From contig NC_087437.1 of the NCBI RefSeq assembly GCF_036321535.1, forward strand, positions 29,638,001 through 29,702,000: a DNA stretch of 64,000 nt, in the 5' to 3' direction. This stretch comes from Camelus dromedarius. Its lineage: Eukaryota. Below are positions 13,240 through 25,345 of the stretch, piece by piece. A model generated the notes under the pieces. That model had not been told where the DNA came from, searched no databases, and saw nothing but the letters and a program-made list of their open reading frames with translations. Position 1 is the stretch's first letter. Every line of letters begins with the position of its first letter. The position numbers and the translations under genes were made by a program.

Positions 13240-14100
13240 TGAAGGTAGACTGTTATTAATTAAATATGCATGCCATAAACCTTAAAGCAGCCACTGAAAT
13301 AACAAGACAAAGAGTTATAGCTAATAAACAAACAAAAAAGATAAGTGGAATTATTAAAAAATTCAATTAATCCTAAATAAGGCAGAAGAGGAAGTAAATA
13401 GCAAAGAAAATAGGGAAAAGGGAGAAAACAAAAAACAAGAAAATAGACTTAAACCCCACATTAATAATCACATTAATGTAAATGATCTAAACACCCAAAT
13501 TAAAAGGCAGAGATTTTCATAGTGAATATGAAAGGAAGAACCAACTCTATGCTCTTACAGGAAATGCACTTTGACCATAAACTCAAACAGATTAAAAGTA
13601 AAAGGATAAAAAAACACACCAACACGAATCAGAATATTAGAAAAGGAGATTACAGCCCAAATGGCCATAAACAGGTGAATGAATACACAAATTGTGCTAG
13701 ATCCAGCCAATAAAAAAGAATGAAATACTGACACAGAATACAACCTGAATGAATCTCAGAACAATTAATACTATGTGAAAAAGTTCTTTTTTTTTTTTTC
13801 AAAGAGTAAATACTGGATGATTCTATTTAAAAAAAAAAAAACTAAAACAAATGCAAACTAATTTAGAGTAACAAGAAGCAACTCAGTGATTGGGGACAAG
13901 GTTGGAGGTGGTATGGGAGGGGCAAGAGAGAAAAATTACAACTGGGCACAAGGACACTTTTGAGGGTGATGGGTATGTTGGCTATTTGAGTGTAGTGATT
14001 ATTTCATGGCTGCATACATATGTCAAAAATTACCAAACTCTACAATTTAAGTATGTGAAGTATATTGTATATGTAGTACAGTTATATCTCAATAAAGATC
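13240..14100 (+). mobile_element. Ancient L1M relic (ORF2 start joined to 3' end)
   Basis: About 13470-13520 encodes TLNVNDLNTQIKRQRF, similar to the L1 endonuclease N-terminus. From ~13652 the sequence is L1M 3' region, ending tatatctcaataaag. Confidence 0.75.
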
Positions 14101-14936
14101 TTTTTTTTAATTCACGGAGAGACTTCACAGCAGGAGTGTGGTTTCCCACCAGTGTCAGTCTGTCTCACCAGTGCATTTGCATTTTGGCTTTGGTTTTCTT
14201 CTCACTTCAACCACTGATTTACTTCAAAATCATGAGATGTCTAAAGTCCAAGTACATACAAAAATGTTTTTATCACCCACTCATACTCCACAAGCATGCT
14301 CTCAGGAAAACATTCAGCAATACTTGTCTGCAGCTTTGTCTTACTGAGGTCAGTCAGCCTGTGTCTGGATGCTCAAGGTCAAATCACACGTATATAAAAA
14401 ATATGATCAGTCCTGTCGGGCTTCTTTATTAAAATGGCTCATCAAATGTGACACTCAGAATATGGTTTGACCAAGGCAGGAGAAACCAACTAAATTGGCC
14501 AATTACACATAATTCTCCTAAGGTCACATCTACATAATTAAAATCACATTAAGTGTTCTTTTATGGGGCTGAGTGGAACCATTTTTTTGGCATTAACTTT
14601 ATGAAGATATGGATTATCTAACCTATAGAAACTCCCTTTAGCAACCACTACATTACTGAGACCTCAGAAATAATGAGAAAAGTAATCATAAAGTAACACT
14701 AATTATGCTCTACATTTTATAGTCTTATAATTTACAACACACATTTGTGAGTTTTATCACACTAGAAAGTGAGTGATGACTCTGAAAATATTCTGAGGTT
14801 TATGGCAGAGGGCAGCATAATTTGGAACACAGTTTATTTCTATGATACTTCATATAAACTGTTGACATTAAGCAAGGCCTCATTGCCTAGTGATTCTAAA
14901 ATTTTTTGTAAACAAGACTTAAAATCAAATAGAAAA

Positions 14937-15104
14937 AGGGGACGTTATAGCTCAAGAGGTAGAGCGCATCCTTAGCATGCGTGAGGTCCTGGGTTCAATC
15001 CTCCTCTAATAAATAAATAAATAAACAAACCTAATTACCCACCCCCTCATTTAAAAAAACAACAACAACAAAAAAAATAAGAACCACACACACACACACA
15101 AATA
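14937..15104 (+). mobile_element. tRNA-Ala-derived SINE (camelid Vic-1 type)
   Basis: tatagctcaagaggtagagcgcatccttagcatgcgtgaggtcctgggttcaatcc resembles tRNA-Ala(AGC) with A and B boxes. It has an A-rich/CA tail, a 10-bp TSD AAATAGAAAA at 14927-14936 and 15105-15114, and no intact acceptor stem. Confidence 0.9.
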
Positions 15105-15189
15105 AAATAGAAAATGCCAGTCAAAACAAGCAACATACTTTGTGGAAACTTGAGAGAACAAAATCATCAAATTCCTTTCTTCTTAAATA

Positions 15190-16180
15190 AACTTTTTATT
15201 TTAGAATAGTTTTAGGTTTACAGAAAATTGACAAGGATAATACAGAGAGTTACTACATACCACACACCCAGTTCCCCTAGTGTTAGTATATTAGTGTCAC
15301 ATATTTGTCACAGCTAATAAAGCAATACTGATATGTTAGTATTCACTCAACTCCATCCTTAATTCGGATTTCATTCATTTTTCCTCATACTATCCTTTTC
15401 CTTTCCCTGCTACAGGATTCAGTTCAGGGTACGTGGTACATTTGGTCATCATGTCTCCTTAGTCTCCTCTGGTCTTAGGCGTTTCACAGACTTCCCTTGT
15501 TTTTCAAGACCTTTTTTGTTTGTTTTGAGGAGATCTGGTCATGTATTTTGTAGACTGTCCCTCAGTTTGGGTGCGTATCATGTTTTCTCTCTTAGGTTGA
15601 CTTTGTGGGGTTTGGGGGAAGAAGACTACAGAGGTGAAGTGACATTCTTGTCACATCACTTTAAGGGCACATGCTATCGAGGTGACTTACTACTGATGAT
15701 ACTAACATTGATCACCTAATTGAGATCACATTTGCCAGGTTTCGTCACTGTAAAGTCACGTGGGGTTTTGTTTTTTTTTTTTAATGTGCTTCTACTCTTT
15801 GGGAGCAAGTGGCTGAGCACAGCTCAAACTTAAGGAATAGGGAGCTAGGATTTGCCCCTCTGAGGGATTAGTAGCTACATAAATTACTTGAAATTCTTCT
15901 GTACAAGAGATTTGTCTCTGCCTTATTTATTTATTCAATCAATTATCTATAAGGTGTGTATTCATGGATATCTCATACGTGGGTTATAATCTAATACTTT
16001 GTTATTGGTTTTGTTGCTCAGAGTGATCCATCTTTGGCCACTGGGACTTCTTTCAGTTCGGCTTCTGTATCCCTTTGCTGTGCCCCTCCCCCATGGTGTT
16101 CAGTTTTTGAGAACTCTTTTTTCTTTTTTAGGACTGCAGACGCTGTAGACTCTGTCCTCCAGCCCTAGAATCAGCCATTT
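15190..16180 (-). mobile_element. Ancient L1MC/MD 3' end
   Basis: ttttagaatagttttaggtttacagaaaattg...ttttgtagactgtccctcagtttggg...ctttggccactggga...agccctagaatcagccattt. Confidence 0.8.
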
Positions 16181-16822
16181 TGACAAAAATTGAAATTAGT
16201 AATGGCTTTTCTGAAATTCACGGATAAGATTTTGTTGTAATTCATACTGTGATCTTTAATAATCATTTATCTTTATCCATTGAAGTCCTTGAGTAGTTTA
16301 CAGTCAAATCATAGTCGACAAATAGAAACACTTCTTAACAAATCAGTTGTTAACTTAAGTTTAAGCTTCTAAACTCAGTTTTTTTACTCTGTTTTGTAAC
16401 TGAAAATTCTGTTACCCACGGCTACCCCTCTCTTTTATTACCTGTCCTCCTGATGCTCTGATATCTGGGATTGGTTTTAGTCATGGAGTTTAAATATGAA
16501 AATGTAAAGAGATAAAAAGTCTAATGCAATCTCAGAAATAAGTACAGCTTAATTTTAAATTCTTTTACAAATTTATTGCCACTCATATAAGAAAAAGTAG
16601 GACAGTTTTGCACAGATGCAAATTGTCTCAAGGGCCTCCTGTTTCATACATTTAAGTGTGAGTTACAGAAAAACTCCAGTGGATAATGATTCCATCAATA
16701 GTAGGTAGAAATTTCTCAACATTTATCTTGAGAACGATGTTCTGAAATATCTAGGTATAATTTGAAGTTAGAGAACTATCTTTAATTTAGAAGTAACTTT
16801 AAGTGATACTGTAGAGTGGTGC

Positions 16823-16917
16823 CTTTTTTTTTTATTAAATATAGTCAGCTTCCAATGTTGTGTCAATTTCTGGTGTACAGCATAATGTTTCAGTCATACG
16901 TATACATACATATATTT
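16823..16917 (-). mobile_element. Very short L1 3' terminal fragment
   Basis: T-run followed by tatagtcagcttccaatgttgtgtcaatttctggtgtacagcata, the same terminus as the other minus-strand L1 copies in this window. Confidence 0.8.
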
Positions 16918-17399
16918 TAGATCAGCAAAAGTTAAATCTTGAATTACTTTGAGGTCAGATCATCACAGCTTCAAAAGTCACACTTCATTGTGAACAGGGT
17001 ATGGTAGAACCATAATCTGCTGGAGCTGAGAGCCACCTGTTAGGTGGCATAGACCCATTTTACAGAAGATGTCAATCATCAGATCATGAGAAATTCACTG
17101 TTTTTAGTTTGTGTATAGAGGACCATTTGTAGAATGACTATGAAATCGGTACTAAAAATTTTTAATGTATGGGGTGATGAGGGTAACTCACTAATTCAGT
17201 TAACAGATAAAATCATATTAAAGAAGTGTCCAACTTTTCCTCAAATACATACTGTCTTTGTTAGAAATTTATTGTTTTTAATCATGAAGTCCTGAATCAG
17301 CTTATCTGTTGCACACCAAACAATTTCTCAATCTGTCATCATGCATTAATTCTTAAACCCTATTATCTTTAACTCTATCAACATAGAATACACAGATTT

Positions 17400-17590
17400 T
17401 GAAAGAGCACTAGAATGGAAGTCTGTAGGTCTAAATTTTAGACCCATTTCTGGCAGTCACTCTCAAGTGCTCTTGGCCAGGTGATTGAACATAGCTCTGC
17501 CTCTGTTTCCTTTTCTGTAAAGCAACGAGGTGAGTCTGCAGCGCTCTGAGATCCCTGCCAGCTTTAGCATTCTGTGATTCCATTCTTTTT
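17400..17590 (+). mobile_element. MIR/MIR3 SINE
   Basis: gaaagagcactagaatggaagtc...ctctgtttccttttctgtaaa...ccagctttagcattctgtgattc. Confidence 0.7.
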
Positions 17591-19376
17591 ATCTCTAAAA
17601 GGAATTGTTTCACATTGTATATGTCCGCTGTGTGCCTGTGTCTGAATAGCTTGTCATTCCTTTGTGTGTTTTTCTTCCTGGAATTCTGTTTCTATAGAGA
17701 GAGTAGCTAATCACTTAAAGACGGAAGTCATCCAAAGTAAAGAACTTAGCTTCCAGGACGTGTGACTTTGTAATGATGCTCTTTGCTTGTTTTCATATTC
17801 TCATTTAACAGTTTAGGAGCAGTTGCCAGGGTAAGTAGCAATGCCAGGATAAGAAGAGGAATTTAAGGGAATTAAGGAAATGTGCCATAGATTGCATGTC
17901 TTAAGCTATCAAAGTATATTCACTCTCGGGAAAAACTGCTTTTTTTTTTTTTTAATTTGATGTCGCCTTGTTGCCATATGGTCTGTATCTGGCACTTAGT
18001 GATAGCAGGCAGCCCGTTTCTTGTCATTACTATTGTGAACAGCAGGATGTAAACGGCATGACCTACACCAGCTGGGCATGAAGGTGTTAACTCCCTCAGT
18101 ACTTAACTAGAATGTACACCATATGCATGTGTGTAATTAGCCTTCTGCTTTTTATGTCCCGACCTTGAGTCATTTTCTTTTTTTGAAAAAAAGATGTTAT
18201 AATTTAATTTTGTGTTTTCGTAATGATGCGATCTTTTTTTCAATTGAGAGACGTTATTTACTTTTTTTTTTCCCTTCAATAATCGCCCTCTTATCTGAGT
18301 TCATCACCAGGAGAGAAAAATTGCTCCACATTATCTTGAGTAACATTTGGATGAGCTATCAGTCATCAACTGAAATTAACCTGAACATGTCTCCAATGAG
18401 ATGAAGAACATTTAGGCATGCCAGCTGGAAGGCATTTACAGTTTCATTTTTCCAACTGCCTCAGAAAATCTTTTCTAGTGCACATCTGTGAAGGTTTCAT
18501 AATGATGAGAGTGATGTGAGCTTTGTGTGGCATTAGGGCACTCACAGCCATTTAAACCACCCTGAAGTATCAGAAATGTACCCAAAAATTAAGAGCCAGA
18601 AGCTTTTCACTGCAGCTCTGCCCTCTGGTTTATGATTGATTGAAAGGCTACGGCCAACTTTCTAAAAGGCAGCTCAGAGCACGGAAACCTCTTTAGTGTC
18701 GTGTTTGTTCTCTCTGATCCCTTCATTTTGATGATCATTAACCTTAAAACTGGAAGGACCCTGCATATCACCAGGTCCAACCCAATAAATTTTATAGCTG
18801 AAGAGACTGGCTTCAGAGACTGAGGGATTACCCAAACCTATACACCCACCTTGTGACAGAGTGAGGGCAAAGCCCAGGGCTCTGCTGTGTTTGTTACATT
18901 AGGGTACTTTCCTTGTTCTTTCAAAATTGTAAATAAGTGAATTATGTTGCTAGATTGTATTCACATGTCAAGACTTTCATGAACTGGGATTACAAACCAA
19001 AGGTGATGTGCAAAGCAGTATAAATATACTTTCAACGACATAGAAAAATTATCTTTGGTCACTGTGAAAACTGCACTTATCCTGTGGTAGATAGACTTTA
19101 TGTACACATATAGATAGATTATCAAAAGCAGTGATCCATAATGTTTATTATCTTGTTAGGAAAATAAGAAAATTAGTTAATAGCTTTAGTTATGTTAATA
19201 TTCCAAATCAGATCCTTTTTGAAATTCGCTTCTGTTTAAGAAAAAGAGGAATTTAGCACCACCTGTTAAAATTAGAGTGTGACGATTTCACAATGCCTCA
19301 GAGACTTAATGTATTCTTTCCCCTGTTTCTAGGAATTCCTATATTTAAACTATTTCAGATGCATAAGAATCCGCTG

Positions 19377-19843
19377 TTTTTTTTTACTTGACGTATAGTT
19401 GATTTGCAATGTTGTGTTGGTTTCTGGTATACAGCATAGTAATTTAGTTATACACATATACATATATTTCTTTTCATATTTTTTCATTATAAGCTATTAC
19501 AAGGTATTGACTATAGTTCCCTGTGCTATACAGTAGGACCTTGTTGTTTATCTATTTTATGTATAGTAGTGTGTATCTGCAAATCGTGAACTCCCAGTTT
19601 ATCCCTCCACCTCTCTCTTCCCCGCTGTGGTAACCATAAGCTTGTTCTCTATGTCTGTGAGTCTGTTTCTATTTTGTAAATAAGTTCATTTGTGTCATTT
19701 TTTTTAGATTCCACATATAAGTGATATCATAAGGTATTTTTCTTTCTCTTTCTGGCTTACTTCACTTAGTATGAGAAACTCCAGGTCCATCTATGTTGCT
19801 GCAGATAGCATTATTATTCTTTTTTATTGCTGAGTAGCTATAA

Positions 19844-19882
<39 letters not shown>

Positions 19883-20403
19883 CATACATACCCATAGGAA
19901 CGGGGTGCTGATGTACACATACATACATACATACCACATCTTCTTTATCCATTCATCTGTGGATGGACATTTAGGTTGTTTCTATGTCTTGGCTATTGTA
20001 AATAGTGCTGCTATGAACACTGAGGTGCAGGTGTCTTTTTGATTTAGAGACTCCTCCAGATACGTGCCCAGGAGTGGGATTGCTGGATCATATGGTAAAT
20101 CTGTTTTTAGTTTTTTAAGGAATCTCCATACTGTTTTCCATTATGGGGGCACCAAACTACATTCCCACCAGCAGTGTAGGAGAGTTCTCTTTTCTCCACA
20201 CCCTCTCCAGCATTTATCATTTGTGGACATTTTAATGATGGCCATTCTGACTAGTGTGAGGTGGTACCTCATTGTAGTTTTGATTTGCATTCCTCTGATA
20301 ATTAGCAATATTGAACATCTTTTCATGTGCCTGTTGGCCATTTGTATGTCTTCACTGGAGAGATGTCTGTTTAGGTCTTCTGCCCATTTTGGGATTGGGT
20401 TTT

Positions 20404-20438
<35 letters not shown>

Positions 20439-20455
20439 ATTGAGTTGTATGAGCT
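19377..20455 (-). mobile_element. 5'-truncated LINE-1 (~1.1 kb: ORF2 C-terminus plus 3' UTR)
   Basis: ORF 20141..20563(-) gives [13 protein letters not shown]...[10 protein letters not shown]...[18 protein letters not shown] (L1 ORF2 Cys-rich domain). T-tail at 19377; degenerate TSD agaatc..tgtttt on both sides; internal (TG)n and (GTT)11. Confidence 0.95.
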
Positions 20456-21375
20456 AGAATCTACTATGTTTTTAAAGAGCTTTGCTAAGTAGTTTTTATT
20501 GGAATCTTTAAAATCTAATGAAGCTTTATTACATGGTGGAAACCTACCTGGACTCAAATCCAACCTCTGTCATTTACTGGCTATGTGATTTGGGGGAAAA
20601 CATTCTCAGCATCAATTTTCCCCAACAAATGAGAAAATATGAAAATCCTGCTCATCAAGTCACAGTGTGAATTAACTGATAATCCATAGCTTAGACCCAA
20701 GCATATAAAAGGTGCTCAAAAAATGGTAATTCCTTGGTCACTTCTCAAGAATCTTCTCTTAAAAGACAGTCTTCTGATTGTTTACTGAGCGTGCAGTAAT
20801 CACAATACCAGAATATATACTTTGGGAAAGCAAAAGAAGTATTACATGTGGTGCTGTCCTCAGAGTTAGGAAGACAAAACATCTACACTCATGAACAAAA
20901 CAATCAATATTAGGCAGCATGACTAAGACCAAATGGGTAGTCCAGGCACTCATCTTAAGTGGGTAAGAGTGATGTCTAACCAGAAGTTGGATTAATTAGG
21001 AAAGACTTTGAAGCCACCTAGGTTGAGCCTTACGGGATGAACAGAATTCAATAATGTTCACAGAAATAGAGAGAAGAGCACTGGGCTGGGGCAGAGAGAG
21101 AGGACAGAGCTTGTGAGCCTAATCCATGGAATTTCAACTATAGCTATTGTCAACCTGCTTAGAGAGGAAGTTCATATACAGCACATACAGTTATGCATCA
21201 GTACTGTAAAGAGTCCTAACGGTGGTGATGTGGAGTTAGGTCCTAGATATTACTAGATCATCCTGATTTAAGGTCATTTCTACTGTATACCCCCAAATTA
21301 GAAGATTTTAAAAATTTGGCCCTGGCTACATTGCTGCCACCCAAAATATGTTCACCCTTAATATACTTCCTCACA

Positions 21376-21980
21376 TAGTGGGAATGCAAATGGTGCAGCC
21401 AAAATGGAAAACAGCTTGACAGTTCCCAAAAGAGTTAAACAGAGTTACTATATGACACATCGATTCACTGCTAGGCCTGTACACATAGAGAATTTATGTG
21501 TCCATATGCATAAATGAATGTTCATAGCAGCAGCATTTCAAATAGCCAAAAAGTAGAAACAGCCTTAATGTCCATCAGCTGATGACTGGGTAAACAAAGG
21601 CGGTATATCCACACAATGGAGTGTTCAGCCATAACGAGGAACGGGGTTCTGATGTACACTGCAACAGGGCTGAACCTCGGAAGCACGCTAAGTGAAAGAC
21701 ACCAGACCCAAAGGCATACTATATGTCCCACCTTTATCAATGTCCAGAATAAGCAGATCCTTAGAGGTGGAACGTAGATGAGCGATCATCAGGGGCTGGT
21801 AGGAGGGGAAAATGGGAAGTGACTACTAGTGAGCACAGGGTTTCTTTGGGGTTGATAAAAACGTTCGGCAATTAGATAACAGTGATCAATGCACAACCTT
21901 GTGGAGGTACTAAAAACCACTGAATTATACACCTTTAAACAGTGAGTCTTATGTGAATTATATCTCAGTTTTAAAAAATA
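21376..21980 (+). mobile_element. L1MB-type 3' end
   Basis: gtgggaatgcaaatggtgcagcc...atgttcatagcagcagcatt...ctaagtgaaagacaccagacccaaagg...actaaaaaccactgaattatacac. Confidence 0.9.
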
Positions 21981-23164
21981 GAATCTCAAAGAGCAGAACA
22001 AATAAAAGCCCACTTATTCTCACTGAAGACTGAGAAGCCCCCGGCCACTTGGCACCTTGGCCCCTTTATGTTTCTGGTACCTTCAGTGGTCCTGCTCTGG
22101 ATTCCTCACTCTCCAGAAGCTTGTGGCCCACTCACTCGCATAAGCCTCGAAATGTTTCAGGGGTCCAGTACGTCACCTCTGACACTGCTCATCACACCAG
22201 GAAGCAAAATCCTTCTTCAGTCATAATTACTCAGTTTCGTTTGGATAATACGATCACCCTGCCTAGAAAAAAAGCGGCTATTGAGGTCAGATTTTTTTTT
22301 AGAGCCTTTCAAAAGTGATGTTTTCACAAAGTCACTGAGAACAATAAAAGATCAGAGATGGGCAGTGAAGTTCTCCTGAAGAGCTTGATCTTTACCATTG
22401 ACACTCCCCAGCATCTAACTTTATTTTATTTTATTTTTTGTACCTGAAAATTGCCTAACAACTTTTTGGGCACCAGTACTGAAATAAGCCTACAAATATC
22501 TGTACATCCATGGGCTCAATAAAACAAAGTGGAGTATATTTTTGAGGAAAGCCAAACATAGAAAGGCTTACGAGGTTGGGGGAAGCGGGGCGGCACCGAC
22601 AGGTTTAGGTGGTCTGGCACACACGCCAGGGAAGACAAAGCGCAGGGCACTTGTGCCCACGGACAAGCCATTTTCCTTATCTAAATAAAAATCACTTCTT
22701 ACCTTCAAAATTGAATTGTAGTGTGGGGAGTTCACGAATGTATACTTTTAGCCACAAAGATACAGCTTTATATTAGTGTTTACAAGCAGAATTACAAAGG
22801 CAGGCATTTAATGTAGCATGTGGAACTAAAGGCATGAAGCATGCCTTCATTTATGTGATTGTAAAGATACTAGCTCCCAAAATGTAATTTGGTAGAGTTT
22901 TTATATTGTTTGTTTTGTTGTTGTTGCATTTGTGACTCTCTAAACAGCAACTTTTGCTTCTATTTTGTGTGGGTGTGGGTGTGGGTGTGGGTGGGTGGGC
23001 TGGCCAGTGCCATTATTCAGATACTTACAAAATTCCTATAGCTTTATCTTTTCAGTATTTTTCCTTATTATATTAGATTTCAGCATGACTTTGGACTCAC
23101 ATAACCCTTCCCATCTGGGAGAACTGAGAAGACCTCTGTATCAATCTGAATGAAAGATGTAAGT

Positions 23165-23360
23165 AAGTAGTTAACACTTATGCTCAGTACAGGCTGGTAC
23201 TGTGCTAAGCACTCTGCATGTATCATCTCATTTAATGCTCACAGCCCTATGAGATGAGTTTTATTGTCAGCACCATTTTACAGATAAGGAAACTAAGGTG
23301 TAGAACAGTTAAGCAGCTTGCTCCAGGTCACATGGTAATTGTCAGAGCTGGAATTCTAAT
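23165..23360 (-). mobile_element. MIR SINE
   Basis: actgtgctaagcact...tctcatttaatgctcac...ccattttacagataaggaaactaagg. Confidence 0.85.
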
Positions 23361-24757
23361 TAATACAAATGTATTTATGTGCTTGCGTGTGTGTCTTCAG
23401 ACAAAGACAAACAGCACACATGCTTATGCCAAATATTAGTGTGCTCCTCTCAACACAATGTAGTCCTTTCCTTCAGTACTTAGTAGTAATAACTTCCAAA
23501 AATAATGACAAGACGATATCAAACACTGATTAAAAGCATTAATATTTACCTAAAATACATATTTTTAAGAGCTCAGAAAGGAAGAAGCAGATCAGCTGGA
23601 AAGAGAAGCCAAGATGAGATTATTATTTCACCTTTTTTTTTTTTTTTTTTGAAGTTTCTATTGGAAGCACTGAATTCTATTTAACCTTTAGTTTTATCCT
23701 CTGATTTAACTAGTCCAGAGAGCACAAATGTTACTACATTTTTATGGGTTCTAAACCTGGACGTGTTACTCCTTTTTAATACATTAGCATTCAGAAACTC
23801 AACCCTTTTCCTTCTAAAGAAGAAACCTGTCCTTCAATCAATGTCTTGAAGATTTGTACACTTGCTATTATTTTCAAAGAACTATCTCCAATGCATAATT
23901 AATTGAATACATAAAGGATATTAATTCATCCCCATTATAAATCACTTCACTACATTCCATTCCTTTCTCCTCTTAAGTTTTTAGAATGATGCTTATGTCA
24001 TGCTTAAGATTTTTACTTCTGTGTACAGCTGAAACTATAAGTCATGATAAGTGTGTCTAGTGTGAGCTTTCACCAAAGGGATGCTGTGGACAGATAAAAC
24101 CAAAATTTGCCACATATCACATCAGCCACCTGGGGCTTTATGACTGCCGTTAACATACGAAAACCCCTGTAAAGGCAGCTTTAACTTTGTACAGATTTAC
24201 CCTTTTCTTTAGCTCACTGCCTCTCAAACGCTCCCATCCTGCAAGTTTTTCTTGAGGCACCTGTTCACATTTCATAGAACTTGTGTCCGATAGAACACAT
24301 CTTGGGGAAGCGTTACTGGCAAACGCAGAGCAGCCCTTCACATACCTGACTAAGCTCACTTATAAGGAATTAAGCAGCGACCATGAAGTACGAGCAGGCC
24401 TCTGAAGTAGCTGCAAAAAACAGCTGGCATAAAGCAAATGCACCTGAGTCTGTAAGTAAGCTTCCTCAGTTCTTTATTCACACAGCTGGGTCCTGGAGGT
24501 ACCCAGGAGAGCAAACAGCAGCAGGGGGACAATCACAGAACGTAGCCCAGAGAGACTGTGCGCACATAGGGAAACAGTCCTGTCCACTCCAGTAGACTGG
24601 GGGGGGGGGGGGGGGTGTATCACTGTGTTAAAGGCCAAAAAGATTTACATTAATAATGATAACACTGATTCTTTTCTAGAGGAAATCATATTCAGTATAT
24701 TGCCCCCAAGTAAATAAAGCAAAGTGAAATACACTTCAGAAAAAAATCAGTATGATC

Positions 24758-24875
24758 CTAAAAAAACCAATGGGTCAATGATGAAATCATAGAGGAAACT
24801 AAAAAATACTTTGACACAAATGACAATGAAAAAACAACCACACAAAATCTATGGGATGCAGCAAAAGCAGTTCTA
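24758..24875 (+). mobile_element. Isolated internal L1 ORF2 fragment
   Basis: Translates as NQWVNDEIIEETKKYFDTNDNEKTTTQNLWDAAKAVL, the L1 ORF2 segment just after the endonuclease domain. Confidence 0.9.
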
Positions 24876-25228
24876 TGAAAAATTAAAGTTGAAAAGTTCT
24901 TTTGGTGCTTAAGAAAATTCATCTTTATAGGACCCTTTAATCACAAACAATAGGGGAAAGTTCCTGATAATTATTATGGTGATTCTCTTACCCCAGGAAA
25001 ATGAACTGTGGGAGGCACACTAAATATGTTTAGATTTAGAGCCTGAATATGATTAATTTATAATGTACAGTTTAAAATTAATGAGAGAAAATTTTGCAGC
25101 CATCTGCAGATGGTAACCACAAAAATACTTTAGCTTCGTGTCATTAAACTAATCTACACGAAATAAGATAGTTTACTCAATAAAAAGTGGCTTCCCCTCC
25201 TCCTACTTTTAATGAGTTAGCTATAGAA

Positions 25229-25345
25229 TACAGTTGCCAGATTTAGCACACAAAAGCACATATGCCCAGTTAAACTTGAATTTCTCTGAAATTCTCCTCA
25301 AGCTAAACTTAACTAAGTGTCATGTGTTTTTACCCGGTAACTCTA
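25229..25345. mobile_element. hAT MITE (MER53-like), internally deleted
   Basis: Degenerate terminal inverted repeats tacagttgccagatttagca ... cccggtaactcta; internal gcccagttaaacttgaatttc. Confidence 0.75.

Noticed and set aside
13890..14432. Longest ORF in the track (180 aa)
   Set aside because: It starts at a non-ATG codon inside an L1 3' UTR relic and has no recognisable domain or exon structure.
14938..15002. Possible tRNA-Ala gene
   Set aside because: The acceptor stem is incomplete, and the A-rich tail and TSD show it is a SINE.
17812..17830. Possible 19-nt plus-strand micro-exon (ttaacag|...AGG|GTAAGT)
   Set aside because: Not a multiple of 3, no partner coding exons, and such motif pairs occur by chance in 64 kb.
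20064..20563. 140-142 aa ORFs including a Cys/His motif and poly-Thr/poly-Val
   Set aside because: These are the L1 ORF2 C-terminus and its antisense, extended through a (GTT)n repeat; not a host gene.
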